Part shown: piece after piece, positions 57,970 through 64,000 of the stretch
How the letters are laid out: every line of letters starts with the position of its first letter
How positions within the stretch are numbered: the first letter of the stretch is position 1
Assembly: GCA_017610205.1 (NCBI GenBank)
Contig: JAFCCL010000001.1
Location: forward strand, 26,805 to 90,804
Reading direction: 5' to 3'
Source of the DNA: Candidatus Iainarchaeum sp.
GTDB lineage: Archaea > Iainarchaeota > Iainarchaeia > Iainarchaeales > GCA-2688035
Length of the DNA stretch: 64,000 bases
Notes under the pieces: generated by a model
What the model saw: the letters and a program-made list of their open reading frames with translations, nothing else
What the model was told of the DNA's origin: nothing
Database searches by the model: none
Position numbers and translations under genes: made by a program

Positions 57970-58893
57970 TTATTGTTTTGCTTCAAACATTCTTTTTAAA
58001 CCTTCGTCTAAAGAAATTTTTGCTTCAAATCCCAATATCTTTTTTGCCAACTGGCCTGATGGAACCCTTTTAAAAATTTCTCTGGCGTTTGTTCTGTCAC
58101 TATTTTCCATATTAACAAACTTCGGATTTAGTTTCTTTCCACTTAACTTAATAACTTTTTCTGCCAACAGTTTCATCGAAATTGGTTCTGAATTGTTGCA
58201 TATGTTAAAAACTTTTTCATTAGCTTCCTTTTTTGTTAGTGCTAAAAGCACGCCATTGGAAGCGTCTTCTACATTACAAAAAGCCCTGATTTGTTCACCA
58301 TTTCCAAAAACAACCGGGTTTTTATCGTTTAATACATTATCAACAAATATTGGAATCACAAATTTTTTAGCTTGATTTATTCCGTATACATTAAAGAATC
58401 TAATAATTGAATAATTTAAATCATATCTTTGTTTATAAGCTTTTAGATATTCTTCACTTATTGCCTTAGTCAAACCATAAACTGATTTTGGTTTCAGTTC
58501 ATTTTTTTCTGTAATAGGAAAAACTGTTTGTTCGCCGTAAACTTCGCTTGATGAAGAAAAAACAATTTTTTTAACATTTTCTTTAACACATGCGTCTAAA
58601 ACATTAATAGTTCCCTGAGTGTTTATAGTCAAACAGTCCAATCTGTTTAATTCAGTGTTTTTAACGCCAATCATTGCTGCTAAATGTACTACATAGTCAC
58701 AGCCTTTAATTGCTTGTGATAGGCATGTTGAATCTAATATGCTTCCATAACAACATTTAATATTTTCTGAAAATTTCTTGTTTTTGAATTGATTAAAAAG
58801 GTCAAAAACGCATACTTCAAATCCTTCTTTAGCTAATCTTTCAGAAACATGGCTTCCAATAAAACCAGCTCCGCCTGTTACTAAAACTTTCAT
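57970..58893 (-). CDS. NAD-dependent epimerase/dehydratase
   Basis: [31 protein letters not shown]. Confidence 0.88.
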   Translation of the reverse strand: MKVLVTGGAGFIGSHVSERLAKEGFEVCVFDLFNQFKNKKFSENIKCCYGSILDSTCLSQAIKGCDYVVHLAAMIGVKNTELNRLDCLTINTQGTINVLDACVKENVKKIVFSSSSEVYGEQTVFPITEKNELKPKSVYGLTKAISEEYLKAYKQRYDLNYSIIRFFNVYGINQAKKFVIPIFVDNVLNDKNPVVFGNGEQIRAFCNVEDASNGVLLALTKKEANEKVFNICNNSEPISMKLLAEKVIKLSGKKLNPKFVNMENSDRTNAREIFKRVPSGQLAKKILGFEAKISLDEGLKRMFEAKQ

Positions 58894-58982
58894 ATTTTGT
58901 CACACACTCCTTTTTTTGCCTATTTTAATTTTTTTTATGCATTTTTAGGTAGTTATATTTCTAAATCGGATTTTTTTCTTAA

Positions 58983-59582
58983 TTATTTAAATTTTGCTTT
59001 GGTTTTTTCCGATATAATTTTTGTCAGCCCTTCTTTTATTATAATACCTGATAACACAATAGGTAACATTCCTGTTGTCAAAATTATTTTAGTGTAAAAT
59101 AAACCTTTTCCTATTTTCTTTTTTAATTTTATTTTTGCCCTGTTAATTTTAGGGTGTTTGGTTTTGTGATAATATGACCCTTCTTTCAAAATTGTTTGAA
59201 ATTCTTTTTTTGTTTTGACCGGGGTATAACAATAATCCGGGACTTTTGTATAAAATTTTTTTTCTCCAACTGGAAAATAAGCAATTGTGACAACTTTTAA
59301 AAGTAATCCTTCTAATACTACTGTTGAAATTCCTTTGTATGCAATTGTAACATTCAAATTTGCTTCAAGCATTTGCTTATACAGTTTTGTTGTATTATCC
59401 AAGTAAACTCTCATGCCTTTTTTTTTGATATATGTTTTAATCTGTTTTTCGTTGCTACTTTTATGCAGCCTTACTGTTATTTCTATATTTTTATCATTTA
59501 ATTCTGAAATATCTTCGAGAGTTTTTGCAATTGGTTCAAAACCAGCGCAAGTTATGATTAAAACTTTGTACATTTTTTTCAC
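58983..59582 (-). CDS. Hypothetical protein resembling a GT-B C-terminal half
   Basis: VRLHKS...ISTVVLEGLLLK; 4-nt overlap with the PHP gene. Confidence 0.5.
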   Translation of the reverse strand: MKKMYKVLIITCAGFEPIAKTLEDISELNDKNIEITVRLHKSSNEKQIKTYIKKKGMRVYLDNTTKLYKQMLEANLNVTIAYKGISTVVLEGLLLKVVTIAYFPVGEKKFYTKVPDYCYTPVKTKKEFQTILKEGSYYHKTKHPKINRAKIKLKKKIGKGLFYTKIILTTGMLPIVLSGIIIKEGLTKIISEKTKAKFK

Positions 59583-60478
59583 CTTTTATTTTCAAAACTT
59601 TTTAAGTTCAATGTTAACTGCGATGATTTTTTAATTTTTTTGAGAACCGAATCTGGAATTGTAACTGAATTAATTGTTTGCCTATCGCCCCCATGAAAAT
59701 CGCTTCCTCCTGATTCAAGCAGGTTTTTTTCTTTTGCAATTTTCTGGAAAAATTTTATTATTTTCGTGTTTTCTTTTTTATCAATTTTTAATCTTGGGCA
59801 AATTATATAGTAAGGGTAATATGTTTCAATTCCTTGTCCTCCTTGTTTTTTAAAAAACTCGATTAATTTGATAGCCTTTTCTTTTGGAAAAATTCCAGGA
59901 TGTGCAAGAAATGTTGTGCCACCAGCTTTTTTTATTATTGTTATTGCTTCTTTAATTCCTGACTTTGATTCCCTGTCAACATAGGCTGGTTTGCCTGCTC
60001 CTAAATATTTTTCAAAAGCTTCTCTGATTGAGTGGATTTTGTTAGGGTATTTTTTCATAAGTAGCATGGCTATATGCGGTCTTCCCAATGTTCCTTTTAC
60101 TCCTGATTTTAGTTCTTCAAAACTTATGTCGAAGCCAAGTTTTTGCAATTTTTTTACAATTTTTTTCTTTTGCTCAAGCCTGTCCTGTTTTGCCTTTTTG
60201 ACAAATTTGTTTAGTTCATTGTTTTTGTAATCAACAAATAATCCAACAACTTCCGCTTCTTTGAATCCGTGTTTTTCTTCGTCGCAATTTATTTCTATTC
60301 CTGGAATAATCTCGATTCCTTTGCCTTTTGCATATTTGACAGCTGGTACAATGCCACTTATTGTATCGTGGTCTGTTATAGCTATGGCATTAAGGCCTTT
60401 TTTTAATGACAGTTTAACCAATTCTTCTGGTGAAAGCCTTCCGTCTGAAGCTGTTGTGTGCATATGCAAATCTACCAT
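59579..60478 (-). CDS. PHP-domain phosphoesterase, TrpH/YciV subfamily (3',5'-nucleoside bisphosphate phosphatase-like)
   Basis: DLHMHTTASDG, ITDHD, PGIE, GRPHIA, LAHP, GGSDFHG. Confidence 0.88.
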   Translation of the reverse strand: MVDLHMHTTASDGRLSPEELVKLSLKKGLNAIAITDHDTISGIVPAVKYAKGKGIEIIPGIEINCDEEKHGFKEAEVVGLFVDYKNNELNKFVKKAKQDRLEQKKKIVKKLQKLGFDISFEELKSGVKGTLGRPHIAMLLMKKYPNKIHSIREAFEKYLGAGKPAYVDRESKSGIKEAITIIKKAGGTTFLAHPGIFPKEKAIKLIEFFKKQGGQGIETYYPYYIICPRLKIDKKENTKIIKFFQKIAKEKNLLESGGSDFHGGDRQTINSVTIPDSVLKKIKKSSQLTLNLKSFENKR

Positions 60479-61101
60479 GTTTTTTCATCCTCTAGAATTT
60501 TAATCAATCTAACTGAAAGAATTTCAAGCCTTTTTTTTGGAATGTAAATTTTTTCAACAGGTTTCATTTTTACAAAACTTTTTCCTGTTTTGTCATTGAA
60601 TTCCTTTTTTTTCCCAAAAGAACTGTCAACAGTATAAGGCTGTCCTATATTTCCACTGAACGGGAAAATTTTTATGTGCAAATGCTCTTTTTTCTCTTTC
60701 CAGTTTGTGCATTTTCCATAAGTTGCTATTGAAATTGCAGAATACTTTGATTTAGCTGTTAGCTTGAATTTCTTGCTTTCTTCCGCCATTACTTTTGCCA
60801 TTGCATGGTTTAGTTTTGCAAAGGCAATTCCATAGTTTTTTGCAAGTTTTGAATATTTTAAAAGTTGGGCAAAGTGTGTTAAATGTGAAAATGGCATGAG
60901 TTGTAGGCTGAAATCTTTTTCTAAACCCCCTGTTTTTGGAGACAATGTTGCAAACCACCCGTCTTCAGTTCCTGTTCCAATTCTGAATACAATTATAGAT
61001 CCGTAATCAGTTTTTTTTCCTGTTTCAAGAGATGCTTCTTTGCACAAATTGCAACTTTTTTTTTGTTCAATGCTTTCTCCAACAAGTTTTTCTATTGCCA
61101 T
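60472..61101 (-). CDS. HIT/GalT-like protein with variant motif
   Basis: N-terminal CNLC, LMP.SH, and EHLHIKIFP (HxHxK). Confidence 0.55.
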   Translation of the reverse strand: MAIEKLVGESIEQKKSCNLCKEASLETGKKTDYGSIIVFRIGTGTEDGWFATLSPKTGGLEKDFSLQLMPFSHLTHFAQLLKYSKLAKNYGIAFAKLNHAMAKVMAEESKKFKLTAKSKYSAISIATYGKCTNWKEKKEHLHIKIFPFSGNIGQPYTVDSSFGKKKEFNDKTGKSFVKMKPVEKIYIPKKRLEILSVRLIKILEDEKTW

Positions 61102-61102
61102 A

Positions 61103-62185
61103 TTAAATTACCTTTATGAATTCTTTTTCCCGCTGGTCTGTTAAATATGAATCAAAATAGCCTGTTACAATACGGTGATATGGATTTCCATTTTTTGGCT
61201 TAACTTTTTCAAGAATGCCGCATGCCCTTATTTTTTCTCCTGCATATGCCAGTTGGCTGTAGTCTCTTGAGTAAAACACAACTTTTTCAACATTGCAGTC
61301 TTTGTCTGAATCAATTAACTTTGAATCTGTTAAGGTATAACATCCTGGTCTTACAACTGAACTGTGGTGGTCTTTTACTGTCCCTTCAACTGTTGCCAGT
61401 CCGCATGAGGAATATTTTTCTTCTCCCCATTTAAACCAAACTTCTTCTTTTTTTTCTGCTGCAAAAATTACAAAAAGCAGGTTATCAAAATATCCTTCAG
61501 ATTTTTTTCTTTCAAGCATATGTTTTAGAAATTTTTTTTCATCAAAAATGTTGAACCTGTTCCTTTTTTTGTAAAATTCAAGCCATTCTTTTTCGTTTTT
61601 CCATCTTAAGGATTTATGCCTGGTTTTTTCAAGATATTTCATAAGTTTCCAGAAGTTTTTTTTCCCGTATACAACGACATTTATGTCTGACATATTGTAA
61701 ACATATTGTCCCATTAGTGTTGAGTAAGTTATTCCAAGGTCTTTAAGTCTGATTCCGCTTTCAAGCAGGAAATTTACAAATTTGTAGACTGTTGCAAGAT
61801 GGTTGTCAAGTGCATTTTCAGGCATTGACATAAGTTCAGCAATTCCGGTTCTTGGAAAATAAATTCTTTCAATATCTTTGTTCTTTGCTAAAAAGAATAA
61901 TCTTTCATTGTTGTGGAATTCGCTTTGGAAAATGTGGTTTGGATATGCCTTTTTGAATTTGTCAATATACTGAACAAGGCTGTTTTTTTCTGCCCACAGG
62001 TTTAGCCTGTTCATTTTTTGACCTGAGATAAAACGGTATTGCAGTGAATCACATTCTATTTTGTCTGTTGGAATGTATTTTGGCTTTACTAAAATGCCCT
62101 GTTCAGGGTGCTGGTTTCCATAAACCTGACAATGAAGTCCGTCTTTTGTTGTTATCATTGATGACTCGTAGAAATGCATTTTCAA
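61103..62185 (-). CDS. Pol-beta-like nucleotidyltransferase (COG1665-like), paralog B
   Basis: H-P..KPKYIP, LGITYSTLMG..SDINVVVYG, C-terminal OB-like AGEKIRACGILEKV. Confidence 0.7.
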   Translation of the reverse strand: MKMHFYESSMITTKDGLHCQVYGNQHPEQGILVKPKYIPTDKIECDSLQYRFISGQKMNRLNLWAEKNSLVQYIDKFKKAYPNHIFQSEFHNNERLFFLAKNKDIERIYFPRTGIAELMSMPENALDNHLATVYKFVNFLLESGIRLKDLGITYSTLMGQYVYNMSDINVVVYGKKNFWKLMKYLEKTRHKSLRWKNEKEWLEFYKKRNRFNIFDEKKFLKHMLERKKSEGYFDNLLFVIFAAEKKEEVWFKWGEEKYSSCGLATVEGTVKDHHSSVVRPGCYTLTDSKLIDSDKDCNVEKVVFYSRDYSQLAYAGEKIRACGILEKVKPKNGNPYHRIVTGYFDSYLTDQREKEFIKVI

Positions 62186-63282
62186 ATCTCCGCTTTTATG
62201 AATTCTTTTTCCCTTCTCTCACTTAGGTAAGCATCAAAATATCCTATGACTACTCTGTAATATTTTTCCTCATGCTTTGGTTTGACAAGTTCAAGTAAAC
62301 CGCAGGCTGTAATTGTTTCTCCTTTCAAAGCCTGTTGTACAAAAGGAATTGAATATGTTACAATTCTTTTTATTGGAATTGCATTGTCAATTTTGGGTGT
62401 TTTGTGGTTGCCTTCTATTAACTTTGTTTTTTCCACTTCATAAAAGCCAGGTCTTACATGGCTGTTATAATGGTCGCTTACAATTGCTTTTATTGTTGCA
62501 AGTCCTTTTGGCTCATATTCTGCTTCTTCCCATTTGAACCATGTTTCTTCCTGTTCTTCAACAGTGAAAAGAGTAAAAACTGTTTCTCCAAATAATCCTT
62601 CATATTTTTTTCTTTTCATATGTTTTACATATTCTTTCTCTGTAAAGTGTGAAGATTCAGATGTCTTATGTTCTTTGTAATATTCTGTCCATTCCTTGTC
62701 AGTTTTCCATTTGAGCTTTTCATGCTTTGCTTTTTTCAAAAAATCAAGTATTTTCCACCCATTTTCCTTTCCATAAATTATCATGTCAATGTCAGACTTT
62801 CCAAAGGTGTAATTTCCAAGCAATGTTGAATGCGTTATTCCCATACTTTCAGATTTTACTCCGCTTTTTTCAAGCAGTTTAACTAATTCAATTACTAGTT
62901 TTAAATATCGGTCCAAATTCTTTTCTGGAACCTGAAGCAATTCCTGCAATCCCTTTCTTCCGTCATGTACTGTTTTTATTTTGCTTTTTGGAACTACATA
63001 AAACCAGTTTTTGTGCAAAGGGCAATCATAGATATATTCCGGAAACTTTTTTTTGAATTCGTTTACGTATCCTTCAAGTTTGTTTTTTGGTGCAAACTGG
63101 TTAAATCTTACAAGGCATTTTTCAAACAAAAACCGGTATTTTAATCCTTTTCCAGAAATTGAATCTTTTGGAATATATTTTGGCTTTACTATTACAAACC
63201 CTTCAGGATGTTCGTTTGCATAGGATTTGCATTGAAAGCCGTCAACAGTGTCTATTAGGGTTGATTCATAAAAATGTGGCAT
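62182..63282 (-). CDS. Pol-beta-like nucleotidyltransferase (COG1665-like), paralog A
   Basis: H-P..KPKYIP, MGITHSTLLG..SDIDMIIYG, C-terminal KGETITACGLLELV. Confidence 0.72.
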   Translation of the reverse strand: MPHFYESTLIDTVDGFQCKSYANEHPEGFVIVKPKYIPKDSISGKGLKYRFLFEKCLVRFNQFAPKNKLEGYVNEFKKKFPEYIYDCPLHKNWFYVVPKSKIKTVHDGRKGLQELLQVPEKNLDRYLKLVIELVKLLEKSGVKSESMGITHSTLLGNYTFGKSDIDMIIYGKENGWKILDFLKKAKHEKLKWKTDKEWTEYYKEHKTSESSHFTEKEYVKHMKRKKYEGLFGETVFTLFTVEEQEETWFKWEEAEYEPKGLATIKAIVSDHYNSHVRPGFYEVEKTKLIEGNHKTPKIDNAIPIKRIVTYSIPFVQQALKGETITACGLLELVKPKHEEKYYRVVIGYFDAYLSERREKEFIKAEI

Positions 63283-63418
63283 TGATTCACCTTAATCCTG
63301 ATTAAAAAAATGTGGTTCGCAATTGTTTTAAAACACTGTTTTTTTATCTTTGTACTACTTGAAAAATGTTGTTCTATTAAAAGGATTATGACTATAAAAA
63401 TTGTAAAGTAGTGATCTA

Positions 63419-63955
63419 ATGAACGTAAAATCTGGTACAATCTGGTTTTCGGGTTTACATGGTTCTGGAAAAACAACTATTGCAAAAGCCATTTCTGAAA
63501 AACTTAGATTTAATGGCATAAAAGTTGTTGTATTGGATGGTGATGAATTGAGAAAAGGTCTTTCGGCAGACCTTAACTATTCTTTGGAAGAACGCAACAA
63601 GCACTTAAAAAGGGTTGCAAACATCTGCAAGATTATTTCAGAAAATGATGTTTTGAATATTGCCTGTGTTGCTTCCCCAACTGAAAAAAGTAGAACTTAT
63701 GCAAAAGGAATCATTTCTAATTTTTTTGAAGTTTATATTAAATGTCCTCTACAAGTGTGTGAACAAAGAGATGTCAAAGGACATTATAAACGTGCAAGGG
63801 CTGGAGAAGCTGGTTTTGAAAACTTTTTGGGAATAAATCTTACATTTGAAGAGCCAAAATCAGCAGATTTTGTTCTTGAAACCGACAAAGAGCCTGTTAA
63901 TAATTCAGTTGAAAAGCTCTTCAATAAGATTTTGGAAAAAAACTGGCTCAAGTAA
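63419..63955 (+). CDS. cysC: Adenylyl-sulfate (APS) kinase
   Basis: WFSGLHGSGKTT, LDGDELR..L..DLNYS..ER, RDVKGHYKRARAGE. Confidence 0.92.
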   Translation: MNVKSGTIWFSGLHGSGKTTIAKAISEKLRFNGIKVVVLDGDELRKGLSADLNYSLEERNKHLKRVANICKIISENDVLNIACVASPTEKSRTYAKGIISNFFEVYIKCPLQVCEQRDVKGHYKRARAGEAGFENFLGINLTFEEPKSADFVLETDKEPVNNSVEKLFNKILEKNWLK

Positions 63956-64000
63956 TAATATTTATCTTTTTCAATTTTTTTCCCATTTTTCTTCATATTG

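Overview
AT-rich archaeal chromosomal window, most likely from a DPANN archaeon of the Iainarchaeota/Diapherotrites type. That assignment is inference from class III signal peptides, a geranylgeranyl reductase, an archaeal ATPase-DUF234 gene, TATA-box/leaderless starts, GGTG-type RBSs and DIN/DTN-rich surface proteins. Left to right: two divergent surface/pilin-like genes; an inserted ATPase gene; geranylgeranyl reductase; an aromatic amino acid cluster (aroA, aroK, aroC, tyrA, chorismate mutase, pheA, ilvE, trpE, trpG) interrupted by a decayed IS605-type element; four toxin-antitoxin pairs mixed with a large PKD/Fn3 surface protein and purine salvage genes (mtnP, apt); and a ~34 kb surface-glycan locus (nucleotide-sugar enzymes, GT2/GT4/GT-C transferases, flippases, three radical SAM enzymes, a carbamoyltransferase, partial pseudaminic-acid genes). 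The window ends in a coupled operon of two paralogous Pol-beta-like nucleotidyltransferases, a HIT-like protein and a PHP phosphatase, divergent from APS kinase. Top leads: (1) that last module as a possible non-canonical sulfate-activation/PAPS system; (2) a repeated pattern in which accessory cassettes sit between a host gene and a displaced, diverged copy of that gene's 3' end; (3) IS200/IS605 insertions whose ends obey the guide/cleavage-site rule and whose precise excision restores host sequence. All family assignments come from motif recognition by eye; no database searches were run.
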